Virus record (IMG/VR): IMGVR_UViG_3300022178_000016
DNA from: a virus
Taxonomy: Duplodnaviria; Heunggongvirae; Uroviricota; Caudoviricetes
Reading direction: 5' to 3' (one strand)
Length of the DNA stretch: 64,000 nucleotides
The notes under the pieces are model-generated. The model had not been told where the DNA came from. It made no database searches and saw nothing but the letters and a program-made list of their open reading frames with translations. Position 1 is the first letter of the stretch. Each line of letters opens with the position of its first letter. Both the position numbers and the translations under genes were made by a program. Shown here in pieces: positions 1-9,852 of the stretch.

Positions 1-77
1 AAGGAGAGCGCCTACATTTAGGATATTCTTCTGATGAAGAATTATTAGCCTGTCGGTATGATGAAAAAGTAATTGAG

Positions 78-106
78 TTGACAGGGTGTATAGGAGGTAC
101 TAATAT
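78..106 (+). promoter_or_regulatory. sigma70-like promoter (TTGACA-N17-TAATAT)
   Basis: TTGACA at 78-83, a 17-nt spacer, then TAATAT at 101-106. Read directly from the sequence. Confidence 0.45.
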
Positions 107-274
107 ACAATTAGGTTTGCTGGATCTTACTGTGTTTCAGAAATATTTAATAGGACGCGGCAAGATAAACCTCCTACCCAAAGAGAAACGCATATCACTT
201 AAAGCAAATATAATTTGACACACTCCAAGGAAGGGTGTATTCTTATTACAACTTAAACAAAGAGGAGAGATATT

Positions 275-1186
275 ATGACTAAACAATTTAAATATCCTTG
301 TGCTGTAGGACTTGAAGGGTTGACACAGGAAGATGGGATCAGACTGGAAGAGGCTTTTGCTAAGCTTGGTGTAGAACTTTACGATCAGTTTAGTAATGGC
401 GATAGGACGGTGGCCCACTGGCTCTACTATGGTGTAGCTTACAGTAATGAGACTCAGGTATATGACAGTGTAGGATGTTTTGATTCAGATGACGATGCTG
501 ATAACGTAACTGTCTATACTTATGATGAAATTATGTCATTTGTAGAAGAACTTGAGAAACCTGAACAAACTAACTCAGATGGTTGGATTGAAAACACAGG
601 AGAAGAACCTGAATACCTTCTTGATGGTGGTTCTATTGATGTTATGTTTAATGATGGTGAAATGATCAAAGGTGTTACAGATGATTGTCGGCGTGGCGTG
701 GGCAATGGTAACGTTCCCTCAGCAGCTTATAATTTTAGTAAGGGCGATTTGAATTGGCAGATTAAATCTTGGAAGCCCTCTATAACTTCCTCAGTTAGCT
801 CTGGATTGAGTTTAGAAGAAAAGGAATACCTTGAGTGGGGTAATTGGGAGGAAGGTGATAAGATAGTATTTTGTGGGTTTAGTGATAAAAACCAAGATCA
901 CTGGGAATATGAAGTAGGTAAAACTTATACTGTAAAGCGTAGAGGCGGCTATTCAACAGGTAATCTTGCACCTGAATCAGGAAATGGTGATATTCCAAGT
1001 CTAAACTGGGGATTCAACTTCAAGAAGCTTAACTCGCCAGCAACCTCACCAGATGTAGAAGCAGGAGCATCTGTGAATATTGAAGTAACTATCAACCTAG
1101 GTGAACTTAGTATTAAAACTGCTCGTGATAATGCTTTTAAAGTTTATCGAGACTTGAAGGTTATATTTGAGGAGAAGATTGTATGA
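275..1186 (+). CDS. hypothetical protein (acidic, Trp-rich, 303 aa)
   Basis: Long ORF with a purine-rich RBS upstream. Its stop overlaps the next start (ATGA). No motif recognised. Confidence 0.55.
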   Translation: MTKQFKYPCAVGLEGLTQEDGIRLEEAFAKLGVELYDQFSNGDRTVAHWLYYGVAYSNETQVYDSVGCFDSDDDADNVTVYTYDEIMSFVEELEKPEQTNSDGWIENTGEEPEYLLDGGSIDVMFNDGEMIKGVTDDCRRGVGNGNVPSAAYNFSKGDLNWQIKSWKPSITSSVSSGLSLEEKEYLEWGNWEEGDKIVFCGFSDKNQDHWEYEVGKTYTVKRRGGYSTGNLAPESGNGDIPSLNWGFNFKKLNSPATSPDVEAGASVNIEVTINLGELSIKTARDNAFKVYRDLKVIFEEKIV

Positions 1187-1797
1187 ATTATCCAGAATGT
1201 CCTTTTAAGGCGAAGGTTGTTGAGGCGTTTGATAGGTTTTCGGCTGGACAGGTAGTTACGATTCATGCTGTAGATACAACCAGTGGTCGTACATACTTTC
1301 AAACTGAATTTGAAAACGAAACTAGTTGGAGAGATTCAAGATTTAAAGTTATCGAGGAGCCTGAAGTTATAGAAGTAAAAGACCTCCACTATTATCAAAA
1401 TTTGTTTCCAATTGGTTCCAAGTTTAAGGTAGTTTGTTCAAATGATAAGGGTCTTTGGGCTAAATTTGGAGATGAGTATACTGTAGGAGATGTTATTGAA
1501 ACAGAGGATGGTATTGTTATAAGAACCAAAGAAGATCTCGAAAAGATGTATAAAAACCAATGGGTTTCTGTTGGTCGTTGTGAATCTTTACCTGAAGAAG
1601 AACATTTTGACGTAAATACTTCCGGTGCGCCTGAACCCATTAAGTTAGAAAAGCTCGCAGCCAGTGTATCTTTTGATTCAGATGAATTCGAAAAGGATTT
1701 TATTGAGTGGCTTTGTGCAAACATGGACTCATTGGTTAGTAAGTTCGCAGAAGAGACATTACTAAGTGATTATATCAGTGTGAGTATGAATAAATGA
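1183..1797 (+). CDS. hypothetical protein (204 aa)
   Basis: ORF translationally coupled to its neighbours through overlapping stop/start codons. Confidence 0.5.
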   Translation: MNYPECPFKAKVVEAFDRFSAGQVVTIHAVDTTSGRTYFQTEFENETSWRDSRFKVIEEPEVIEVKDLHYYQNLFPIGSKFKVVCSNDKGLWAKFGDEYTVGDVIETEDGIVIRTKEDLEKMYKNQWVSVGRCESLPEEEHFDVNTSGAPEPIKLEKLAASVSFDSDEFEKDFIEWLCANMDSLVSKFAEETLLSDYISVSMNK

Positions 1798-2516
1798 GTA
1801 AAATAATCTTATTTAATGCACCTAAGTCTACAGGGAAATCCGAGGCTATTAAATACTTAAGAGGTAGAGGCTTTCAGTTGACCTCTGCTGAATGTAAGAA
1901 CCCTTTGCACGACCTAACCATGACTTTATTCGGGATTAGCCCTGAGCGTTATTGGGAGATTTATAATACTCGGGAATTGAAGGAAGTTCCTTTATCTGAA
2001 TTTACAATAACATTCAACACTTTTGAGGAGCAGGTTGATTTTTGTGAGGTTATTGGGTCTATATTAGACTTATTTGGAGTCACGGAGAGATTTCCAATGG
2101 GGTTGACAAAAAGACTGTCAATACGTGAAGCGATGATCTACGTATCAGAAGTTGTGGTGAAACCTCGTTGGGGGGAAGACTGGTTTGGTAAGGAACGTGT
2201 TCGTAAAATGGATAAGGTGGGAGGCGTTTATATATGCTTGGATACTGGTAAGGAAACACCTGTACTATTCTGCGATGATAGCTGTGCATTTGTTGATGAA
2301 TTGACACCCTTGATCAACTACTTAGGACAAGAGAATATCCTTCTTATTCGTCTTCACCGTGAAGGGTTTACATTCGAGGGGGATAGCCGTAACTATATTC
2401 CAGATGGTGTAATTACCAACACTGTGGATATTAATAACAACTCAACAGAACAAGAATATCTTGATGAGGTTGAGGAAGTAGTTAAGAGGTTCTTGGATGA
2501 AAAGAATACTGATTGA
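1794..2516 (+). CDS. P-loop nucleotide kinase, T4 gp1-like dNMP kinase candidate
   Basis: N-terminal P-loop NAPKSTGKS. 240 aa with a C-terminal IPDGVITNT segment that resembles T4 dNMP kinase gp1 (IRDGDLVITND). The match was made by eye. Confidence 0.45.
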   Translation: MSKIILFNAPKSTGKSEAIKYLRGRGFQLTSAECKNPLHDLTMTLFGISPERYWEIYNTRELKEVPLSEFTITFNTFEEQVDFCEVIGSILDLFGVTERFPMGLTKRLSIREAMIYVSEVVVKPRWGEDWFGKERVRKMDKVGGVYICLDTGKETPVLFCDDSCAFVDELTPLINYLGQENILLIRLHREGFTFEGDSRNYIPDGVITNTVDINNNSTEQEYLDEVEEVVKRFLDEKNTD

Positions 2517-3075
2517 TTGTGATGGTGTGCTTATTGACTCTGGAAAACTGTGGCTACGTTATCTAATGAATCACTACCAATTGAAGAAAGGATTCTTTAG
2601 TTGTTTACCTACTCCACTACCCTATAACCTAACTGAGTTATTCCTATTTGCAGATGAAGATAATGAAAGGTATTTAGGAGATGGGTTTGAGTATTGGAAT
2701 AACTTTCAACTGTACGACAATATCACACCAAGAGAGGATGCTTCAGAGATCATACCCAAACTTAAAGATTTAGGTTATGAGATTGTCTTCTGTAGTAGGG
2801 TTATTGGTAATCACGGAATGTCTAAGGAGAAGTTCTTAAACAAATGGTTTCCTAACAATGACGGTATTGTATTAACTAAAGATAAACACTTAGTTAAATG
2901 TGATATGTTTATTGATGATAGTGTTGCTAATCTGAACAACATGTACCATAATAACCCAGAGGTTGATTGTTATAAGTTTAGGCTTGATTACAAAGAACCA
3001 GAAGAACCAATTAAAAACTTTAAGGTTGTTTACAATTGGTACACTATTTATGACATATTGAAGGAGAAGTTATGA
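2497..3075 (+). CDS. HAD-superfamily 5'(3')-deoxyribonucleotidase-like phosphatase
   Basis: N-terminal HAD motif ILIDCDGVLIDS (DxDGVLxD as in the NT5C family) and a Lys/Asp-rich C-terminal half. Confidence 0.55.
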   Translation: MKRILIDCDGVLIDSGKLWLRYLMNHYQLKKGFFSCLPTPLPYNLTELFLFADEDNERYLGDGFEYWNNFQLYDNITPREDASEIIPKLKDLGYEIVFCSRVIGNHGMSKEKFLNKWFPNNDGIVLTKDKHLVKCDMFIDDSVANLNNMYHNNPEVDCYKFRLDYKEPEEPIKNFKVVYNWYTIYDILKEKL

Positions 3076-3344
3076 ATGTTGAGGAATACTTAAATATAAA
3101 CGCAGTAGAGCAAAGTATCATTGAAAAGGGTTATTTATCATATGAAGATTTAATACAAATGACTGAGTATCGCCCTTGGTTCTTCAGAACACTCGCGGAC
3201 TGTCTGGATATTGATCCGATAGATCTTAAAGACGTAGTGGCAAGTGGGGGAGTGAGTGTTGGTAATGTGTTTGAGGCTTTTGTATTTTATCGTGATGACC
3301 GACCGAAGATTTCACTACTAACAGGGGATGTAATTTATGAATAA
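3072..3344 (+). CDS. hypothetical protein (90 aa)
   Basis: ORF coupled to its neighbours by overlapping stop/start codons. Confidence 0.45.
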   Translation: MNVEEYLNINAVEQSIIEKGYLSYEDLIQMTEYRPWFFRTLADCLDIDPIDLKDVVASGGVSVGNVFEAFVFYRDDRPKISLLTGDVIYE

Positions 3345-3576
3345 TATGCCAGAAAAACAAATATTGAATATTGACCTAAGCAACCCAGAAGATGCAGACA
3401 AGTATGAAGAACTCTCCCCTGTGTTCACTACTATGGTGGCTCTTGGTTTAAAAGAGTTAACCATCTGTGAAAGTATTAAACCTGAAGTGTTGAAGAAGAA
3501 GTTCACTATGGAATTCTGGGAAGATGGGGAAGGTATTGGTACTTTTACATTAAAGGATGTTACTGATGATAACTAA
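3337..3576 (+). CDS. hypothetical protein (79 aa, acidic)
   Basis: ORF coupled to its neighbours. Confidence 0.45.
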   Translation: MNNMPEKQILNIDLSNPEDADKYEELSPVFTTMVALGLKELTICESIKPEVLKKKFTMEFWEDGEGIGTFTLKDVTDDN

Positions 3577-3739
3577 AGAACTTACAGTCCAAGTAGTCGA
3601 TGACCTAATATCTGTTAAACTAGATGGTGAGGAAATTGTCTCAGGTAAGTGTTTCGGTAAACACTATAATAGAATTAGTACAACAGAGGATTACGGTTTT
3701 ACCATTGATGTGGAGGAAGAAAGTGAAACAACAGATTAG
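3566..3739 (+). CDS. hypothetical small protein
   Basis: ORF 3557..3739. The likely start is the internal ATG at 3566. Confidence 0.3.
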   Translation: MITKELTVQVVDDLISVKLDGEEIVSGKCFGKHYNRISTTEDYGFTIDVEEESETTD

Positions 3740-3746
3740 AGAGTTT

Positions 3747-4196
3747 ATGAGTAGTACGGGAATACTAGGTGCTTTGGATTATACAGACAAAACAACTCTC
3801 TGTTGTGATTTAGAAGATTTAGTCCCATTGCTACAAGAGGAATTAGATGAGTTTCAAGAGGCTGTTAATCAAAGGGATGTAGTAGAGACAGTTGATGCTG
3901 TAGTGGATTTAATGTACTTCCTACAACAAGCAGTAATTAAACTTGAACTTGCTGGAGTTAATATAGTTGAATGTTGTAATGAAGTGTGTTTAAATAACCA
4001 ACTCAAATATACAACAAGTTATGAGTTAGCTGAGGGTTGGTTAGATGGGACTCCTAATCGTTATGTAGATGAGAATGTGGCAGAAGATGGTGTTACTTAT
4101 TATTGTGTTAAAGATTTAGATACTCATAAGGTGAAGAAGTATAATAACTTCCCAAGTCCAGATCTAAAACAACACATTCCAGAATATTTGTATTGA
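3747..4196 (+). CDS. MazG-like all-alpha NTP pyrophosphohydrolase (candidate)
   Basis: EELDEFQEA followed by ETVDAVVDLMYF matches the MazG/HisE-type metal-binding helices. The in-frame ATG at 3747 is the preferred start; the longer ORF begins at 3624. Confidence 0.45.
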   Translation: MSSTGILGALDYTDKTTLCCDLEDLVPLLQEELDEFQEAVNQRDVVETVDAVVDLMYFLQQAVIKLELAGVNIVECCNEVCLNNQLKYTTSYELAEGWLDGTPNRYVDENVAEDGVTYYCVKDLDTHKVKKYNNFPSPDLKQHIPEYLY

Positions 4197-4206
4197 GGAG
4201 AAGATA

Positions 4207-5226
4207 TTGACAGAGATTAAATACAAGTCAGAAGTTATTGGTAAAGGTGGGATTAGTGCTCGTGTAGTTGCAAAGAGTGTTTCAGCTTATTCTGGTACAA
4301 TTATTACAACTTGGGAATATGAAGCCCCTAAGTGTATTCTTGCTGAGTTGAACACACACAGAATGTTCTCACGTAATGCTCAGAGTAGTCGTGCTGTTCC
4401 AGTAAGTAAGGTAATTGATCAGATTCGTAATAACCCTGTTACTCCAGTTCATTGGGGAAGTAATCAAGCAGGAATGGTTGCTGGAGAGGAAATTGAAGAA
4501 CATGTTAAGGTGTGGGATGGGAGGGATGCTAGAAGCTATTCACTAAATAGAGAGGATGCTTGGTATCATGCTGCTTGTTTAAGTGCTGATGCTATGAAGG
4601 CTTTCGATAATGCTGGCTACCATAAACAAATTGTTAATCGTATTGGTGAAGCCTTCACATTTGTACGTGGTGTTATTACAGCTACTGAAATTGATAACTT
4701 CTTTCATTTACGAGTACACCCAGCAGCAGATCCTTTCATTCAAGAGTTAGCTCGTTGCATGTGGGAAGCTTATGAATTAGCCGAAGCTGAAGTGTTGCGG
4801 GAAGGGGAGTGGCATACCCCTTATGTTGAACACTTCAGGGCAAGTGATGGTGATGCGTTCTTAGAATATCACCATAACGGTCTTGAGGTTGACGTTGAAC
4901 GTGCTAAACAAATATCAGCAGCAGGTACAGCTCAAGTAAGTTTCCGTAAACTTGACTTAAGTGAGGAAACAGTGGATCGTGTGTATAGTCGTTTAGTTGA
5001 CGATGAGACCCCACATGCAAGTTGTGTAGAGCATCAAGCTACTCCTATTAAATCTTTCGAGTTGCACAGTGCACTACAGTTTATTAACGGTTTTGAGGAA
5101 GGGGTTAGCCATGTAGATAAGGATTTAAACTTCTGGAGTGGTAACTTCAAACATTGGATACAGAATAGAAAATTAATTCCTAATGAAGTCTGTAATAATT
5201 TTAAATTACGAGAAGGAAACAAATAA
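4207..5226 (+). CDS. thyX: flavin-dependent thymidylate synthase ThyX with C-terminal extension
   Basis: ThyX signature THRMFSRNAQSSRA (RHR-x7-S). TTG start 7 nt after a GAGGAG RBS. At 339 aa it is longer than a typical ThyX. Confidence 0.6.
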   Translation: MTEIKYKSEVIGKGGISARVVAKSVSAYSGTIITTWEYEAPKCILAELNTHRMFSRNAQSSRAVPVSKVIDQIRNNPVTPVHWGSNQAGMVAGEEIEEHVKVWDGRDARSYSLNREDAWYHAACLSADAMKAFDNAGYHKQIVNRIGEAFTFVRGVITATEIDNFFHLRVHPAADPFIQELARCMWEAYELAEAEVLREGEWHTPYVEHFRASDGDAFLEYHHNGLEVDVERAKQISAAGTAQVSFRKLDLSEETVDRVYSRLVDDETPHASCVEHQATPIKSFELHSALQFINGFEEGVSHVDKDLNFWSGNFKHWIQNRKLIPNEVCNNFKLREGNK

Positions 5227-5597
5227 TGAGTGTACCGATTAGTTATAGTTTTAAAGATTTACTTTTAAATCCAGTGTTTAAAATGTCTGCTAAACAGGAT
5301 GATAAAACTCTGATGGAGAAATGCTTCTATGAAGTGGGTATTGATACTTCACAACCTTATGAGATTATCCATTGCAACCACCGTACAAGGTTAAGCAATG
5401 AACCGTGGGAAGGGTTGATGGTGATAGGGGAAGAAAGACTTGATAAAGAATGGCTTAACTCTGGATACTCAAGCTATGAAGCTAAGATCCATACTAATGA
5501 CCCTTACTTACGAGAGACATTAAAAGGTTTAGATCCTAATAAGATGAAACGTGAATTAGTTGGTGAGTTTGTTTATGATGAGGGGGATTGTATTTGA
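5226..5597 (+). CDS. hypothetical protein (123 aa)
   Basis: ORF whose stop overlaps the next start. Confidence 0.45.
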   Translation: MSVPISYSFKDLLLNPVFKMSAKQDDKTLMEKCFYEVGIDTSQPYEIIHCNHRTRLSNEPWEGLMVIGEERLDKEWLNSGYSSYEAKIHTNDPYLRETLKGLDPNKMKRELVGEFVYDEGDCI

Positions 5598-5830
5598 TGA
5601 AAGAAGTAATTGTTTACTCGGCAAAATGGTGTGTTGGTTGTGCCTCAATTAAGAAAGGGTTAACTGAGAAAGGTATCACTTTCACTGAAGTTGATATTGA
5701 TACAGAAGAAGGTATGTTAAAAGCTAAAGAGTTGGGTATCCGTAATATCCCAGTTACCGTAATTAATAGTGAGAAGTTTATTGGTAGTAGTCCAGAAGTA
5801 TTTAAAGCTATTCTTAAGGAGATTGAATGA
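5597..5830 (+). CDS. nrdH: NrdH/glutaredoxin-like redoxin
   Basis: MKEVIVYSAKWCVGCASIKK carries a CxxC active site on a thioredoxin-fold N-terminus. A GAGGGGG RBS lies upstream. Confidence 0.65.
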   Translation: MKEVIVYSAKWCVGCASIKKGLTEKGITFTEVDIDTEEGMLKAKELGIRNIPVTVINSEKFIGSSPEVFKAILKEIE

Positions 5831-6849
5831 GCAAGGGTGAATTAGAATTTCCTGTGTATTCAAAAGATACACTACAATACTTACACAAGCAATATGACGC
5901 ATACCTTGAGGTGTTTGAACCAGCATCAAGTCTTGCTGATACCCAGTTCAGTATACAGTGGCCTTGGAGTGAGTTTCCTGTTGAGGATGACATTCATCAA
6001 GTTAAGACAGAGTTTAGTAGTAAAGAAAGACAGGCTGTAATTAAGTCTCTGAACTTGTTTACCCTCTATGAACTTAAAGCGGGTAATGAATATTGGGGTG
6101 GTAAGATACTAAAAAGCTTTGCACCGCAGTGTATTAAAAGAATGGCTGTTGCTAATGCAAACGCTGAGCTTAATTCTCACGCTCCTTTTTATAATGCTTT
6201 GAATACACACCTGAACTTGGACACAATAGAATTCTATGAGAGTTACAAACAAAATCCTGTATTAAAAGGTAGAATGGACTTCATTGATGGTATTATTGGA
6301 TCTAAAGATTTAGCTGCGTCTACTCTAGCTTTTAGTATGATTGAAGGTGCTGCTCTTTACTCTACATTCGCATTCTTGAAACATTACAATGTGAAGGGAG
6401 GTAATAAGCTTCGTAATGTTGCAAGCGGAATTAATTCTTCTGTTCGTGAGGAGAATTTGCATAGTCTTGGTGGTGCCTTGTTGTTTAACTTGGAAGCACA
6501 ATACAACGAACGTCCAGTGGACAGTTACCAAGAACTTGCTTATGAGTTGGCAACTAAACTTGCAGAGCATGAGAAGGAAATTAATAGGGTAACTTTTAGT
6601 GATGGGGAACTTTCTACATATACGCTCACACAGGCCAACCATTTCGCAGAACACCGTGTGGATGTTTGTCTAATTAATGCAGGGTTTAAGCCTTTATTTA
6701 AGCCTAAGTATAACCCTGTAGCTGAGTGGTTTTATGATGACATTAACTCATTACGATTACACGACTTCTTTGCTCAATCAGATGGAAGTTACTCAAGTAA
6801 TTGGGTTGCTGAATCTTTTGAGTTGGAAGATGGATGGGAGGTCAAGTGA
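5827..6849 (+). CDS. nrdB: ribonucleotide reductase small (beta) subunit-like ferritin-fold protein
   Basis: MIEGAALYSTFAF and REENLHSLGG (ExxH) diiron-ligand motifs. 340 aa, immediately upstream of the alpha subunit. Confidence 0.55.
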   Translation: MSKGELEFPVYSKDTLQYLHKQYDAYLEVFEPASSLADTQFSIQWPWSEFPVEDDIHQVKTEFSSKERQAVIKSLNLFTLYELKAGNEYWGGKILKSFAPQCIKRMAVANANAELNSHAPFYNALNTHLNLDTIEFYESYKQNPVLKGRMDFIDGIIGSKDLAASTLAFSMIEGAALYSTFAFLKHYNVKGGNKLRNVASGINSSVREENLHSLGGALLFNLEAQYNERPVDSYQELAYELATKLAEHEKEINRVTFSDGELSTYTLTQANHFAEHRVDVCLINAGFKPLFKPKYNPVAEWFYDDINSLRLHDFFAQSDGSYSSNWVAESFELEDGWEVK

Positions 6850-8588
6850 CTGACATATACACAGAATTAAGTGACGCCCGTAAGCAAGGGCAAGCAGAAG
6901 GGAAGTACCCAGATTGGTACACTACCGGAAGTTACCAAATGTTTAAATACTCCTACGAGTATCAAGCAGACGGTTTGAAAGAGCAGCTACAAAGAATCAG
7001 TGAATATTTAGCTAAATATTCCACCAAGCTACCTGACGTAGGTCACCCCAAATATGGTGAGATAGGGAAGCGGATTAGACAGTATCATGGGAGTACTGTT
7101 AAAGATGCATTCTTCTCCATTATGTGGAAGAACCATTTCCAGCTATCAACCCCAGCCTTGGCTAACACTGGGACAGATCGTGGGTGTTCTATTAGTTGTA
7201 GTGGGACTTATGTACACGACAGTGTTGGGGGGTTTTATGATGCAGCTAAAGAAATTGCGTTACTCAGTAAGAATGGGTTTGGAACCAGTGCTTATATTGG
7301 GGATGTAAGACCAAGAGGGCAAAAGATAAGTGCTGGAGGTAAGGCTACAGGCTCTTCTTTACCTAAAGAGATACTTCAGTCAACCGCTAAATGGATTAGT
7401 CAAGGCAATACAAGAAGAGGGGCAGTTGCCAGCTATCTCCCTATTGATCATGGAGATTTTGAGGAATGGTGTGATAGTCTACGTGCTAATCCAGAGGGTC
7501 AGAATATTGGTTGGAATTATTCTAATGAGGTAATTGCCAACTTAGGGAAAGATGCTGAACTACGGCGTAGACACAACAAGGTCTTAGCTACTCGTATGAA
7601 CCGTGGTAAGGGGTATATCTGGAAACCAGACGTTGTTAATGCCCTACAACCAGAGTGGTACCCGAAATTACATGTGGCATCAAACCTTTGTACAGAAATC
7701 ACTCTTTACGCGACATTGGATGAAACTTACACCTGTATTATTTCTTCAATGGTGGCGACACTCTTCCGAGAGTACAAAGACCAAGCTAGTGTTTTCTTAG
7801 CTATAATGCTATTAGATGCAATGGCTAATGAGTTCATCGAAAAACAGAAGGGTGTTATTGGACTGGAGAAAGCTGTAAGGTACACGGAAAATTGGAAGAG
7901 TCTTGGTTTAGGGGTTTTGGGTTTTGCATCCCTATTGCAAGAAGAGATGGTTCCTTGGACATCATTGGAGGCTAACTTCATTAACACTGAAGTATTCAGT
8001 CACCTGAAGAAAGAGTCCACCCTTGCTAGTCAATATATTTACGATTTCGGGGTTTGTGGTAAGAAGATGCAAGGTTGGGGGCAAGCACACTCGCACTTAA
8101 ATGCTGTTGCTCCAAATCTGTCTAGTAGTGTTCTGGCAGGGCAGAAGTCGCAAGGTATTGAGCCTTGGTTGGCTAATGCTTTCATGCAAGATACCGCTAG
8201 TGGCAGTATGACTAGGATTAACCCACAACTCTTGTCATTGATGATGAAAAAGGGAATGGATGTTAAAAAGGTAGTGAGACACCTTATTGCTAACAAAGGT
8301 AGTCTGAAGGGGATAAAGGGTTTCACAGAAGAAGAGGTTCTTGTTTATGCAACTGCTTTTGAAATCCCACAAGACAGACTAGTTGATCTGGCAAGTGCAA
8401 GACAACCTCACGTAGACCAAGGGCAGTCGTTGAACACCTTCTTTTCGGCGGAAGAAGACCCTAAAGTTATTGCTAGGGTACATCAGAAGATACTTCTTGA
8501 CCCTAACATAAAAGGGGCGTATTATTGTCGTTCTGAGAGTGGAGTACAAGCCAGCCAAAATGTTGCTTGTGAGGCATGTGCTTCTTAA
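6834..8588 (+). CDS. nrdA: ribonucleoside-diphosphate reductase large (alpha) subunit, short form lacking N-terminal domain
   Basis: NTGT..GCSISCSG active-site Cys loop, NLCTEITLY (NxCxE) and C-terminal Cys pairs CRSE...ACEACAS. An alternative GTG start at 6846 follows a GGAGG RBS. Confidence 0.7.
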   Translation: MGGQVTDIYTELSDARKQGQAEGKYPDWYTTGSYQMFKYSYEYQADGLKEQLQRISEYLAKYSTKLPDVGHPKYGEIGKRIRQYHGSTVKDAFFSIMWKNHFQLSTPALANTGTDRGCSISCSGTYVHDSVGGFYDAAKEIALLSKNGFGTSAYIGDVRPRGQKISAGGKATGSSLPKEILQSTAKWISQGNTRRGAVASYLPIDHGDFEEWCDSLRANPEGQNIGWNYSNEVIANLGKDAELRRRHNKVLATRMNRGKGYIWKPDVVNALQPEWYPKLHVASNLCTEITLYATLDETYTCIISSMVATLFREYKDQASVFLAIMLLDAMANEFIEKQKGVIGLEKAVRYTENWKSLGLGVLGFASLLQEEMVPWTSLEANFINTEVFSHLKKESTLASQYIYDFGVCGKKMQGWGQAHSHLNAVAPNLSSSVLAGQKSQGIEPWLANAFMQDTASGSMTRINPQLLSLMMKKGMDVKKVVRHLIANKGSLKGIKGFTEEEVLVYATAFEIPQDRLVDLASARQPHVDQGQSLNTFFSAEEDPKVIARVHQKILLDPNIKGAYYCRSESGVQASQNVACEACAS

Positions 8589-8674
8589 GTAAAATATAGT
8601 CGACACAACATCAACTTAGTGTTTCAATAGCCTTGCTTCCACAGGAGGCTTTAATTTAATTAAATAGGAGATTT

Positions 8675-8857
8675 ATGATTACATATTTTAAATTGGTAGC
8701 CATGACATTGTTTTTATTTGTAAACATTGGTATAGTGCTACCCTACTTGTTCTCAGCAGCAAGTACAGAATTAGTTATGCTGGGTTTTGCTGACGTTATA
8801 TTATCTTTCCCAGCAGTCTATTACTTTATTAAATCATTCTTTAAAGGAGCAAAATAA
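8675..8857 (+). CDS. small two-TM membrane protein (60 aa)
   Basis: Hydrophobic ORF directly upstream of the SPFH gene. Confidence 0.45.
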   Translation: MITYFKLVAMTLFLFVNIGIVLPYLFSAASTELVMLGFADVILSFPAVYYFIKSFFKGAK

Positions 8858-8859
8858 TT

Positions 8860-9756
8860 ATGAAGAAATTACTTACAATTGGCATTATTGCACTCACATC
8901 AGTATTTGCAGGTTGTTCTAAAGTACCAGCGGGTAATGTTGGTGTTAAGGTTTACTTGTTAGGTGGGGCTAAGGGGGTGGACAGCGAAGTTCTTGGCACT
9001 GGTCGTTACTGGATTGGCATGAATGAAGACTTATTCCTATTCCCCACATTTTCACAAAACTATGTTTGGACATTAGGTAATGACGAAGGGAGTGAGAATG
9101 ATGAGTCTATTAGCTTTGGTACTAAAGAGGGTTTGTCAGTAAGTGCAGATATTGGTATCACTTACAACATCCTACCTGATAAAGTGTCTGTGGTGTTCCA
9201 GAAGTATCGTAAGGGTGTAGATGAGATTACTGACTTGTATCTTCGTAACATGGTGCGGGATGCTATCGTCAAGGCAGCCTCTACACGCTCTATCGAATCT
9301 GTCTACGGTATGGGTAAGACAGACTTAATTGCTGAAGTGGAAGATACTGTCCGTAAGCAAGTTAAAGATATCGGTATTAATGTAGAGCGAGTCTACTGGG
9401 TCGGTGATTTACGTCTACCCCCTCAAGTGACAGGAGCTATCAACTCTAAGATTCAGGCTACTCAAATCTCCATCCAACGGGAAAATGAAATTAAGACAGC
9501 GGAGGCCGATGCAGCTATTGCGGTAACTAAGGCTCAGGGTGAAGCTGATTCTAAGCTTGCTCAAGCTAAAGCAGATGCAGAAGCTATTCGACTGATTGGT
9601 GATGCTGAAGCTGCAGCTATTCAAGCACGAGCTAATGCTCTTGCTAAGAATGAGAACCTAGTTGACCTAGTCAAAGCAGAAAAATGGAATGGTGTTCTAC
9701 CAACGACAATGCTACCTAACAGCACGGTACCCTTTCTCGAAGTGAATAAGAAATAA
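8860..9756 (+). CDS. SPFH/band-7 (HflK/C-stomatin-like) lipoprotein
   Basis: Lipobox signal peptide LTSVFAGCS. SPFH core GNVGVKV...GRYWIGMNEDLFLFPT. Ala/Glu-rich coiled-coil C-terminus AEADAAIAVTKAQGEADSKLAQAKADAEAI. Confidence 0.65.
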   Translation: MKKLLTIGIIALTSVFAGCSKVPAGNVGVKVYLLGGAKGVDSEVLGTGRYWIGMNEDLFLFPTFSQNYVWTLGNDEGSENDESISFGTKEGLSVSADIGITYNILPDKVSVVFQKYRKGVDEITDLYLRNMVRDAIVKAASTRSIESVYGMGKTDLIAEVEDTVRKQVKDIGINVERVYWVGDLRLPPQVTGAINSKIQATQISIQRENEIKTAEADAAIAVTKAQGEADSKLAQAKADAEAIRLIGDAEAAAIQARANALAKNENLVDLVKAEKWNGVLPTTMLPNSTVPFLEVNKK

Positions 9757-9759
9757 ATG

Positions 9760-9788
9760 TTGACAACCCTAAATAACTAACCTAATAT
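9760..9788 (+). promoter_or_regulatory. sigma70-like promoter TTGACA-N17-TAATAT
   Basis: TTGACA at 9760-9765, a 17-nt spacer, then TAATAT at 9783-9788. Confidence 0.5.
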
Positions 9789-9790
9789 AC

Positions 9791-9830
9791 CCTGCATGGA
9801 CTAGAGATAGTCTTTGCGGGGTTTTTGTTT
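9791..9830 (+). terminator. rho-independent terminator
   Basis: Imperfect stem CCCTGCA...TGCGGGG with an inner GACTA-GAGA-TAGTC hairpin, then TTTTTGTTT. Confidence 0.55.
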
Positions 9831-9852
9831 ATTTAACTAGAGGAAATTAATT

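Noticed and set aside
1794-3075. Possibility that the P-loop kinase plus HAD phosphatase form a split polynucleotide kinase-phosphatase (Pnkp)
   Set aside because: The HAD motif DCDGVLID matches 5'(3')-deoxynucleotidases (DMDGVLAD) better than the Pnkp phosphatase (DVDGTL). The kinase C-terminus resembles T4 dNMP kinase. The idea is kept only as a low-probability alternative.
9791-9830. GACTA-GAGA-TAGTC hairpin resembling a group I P7 pairing
   Set aside because: It is isolated, lies inside a larger GC stem followed by a T-run, and has no P, Q or S elements nearby. It is an ordinary terminator.
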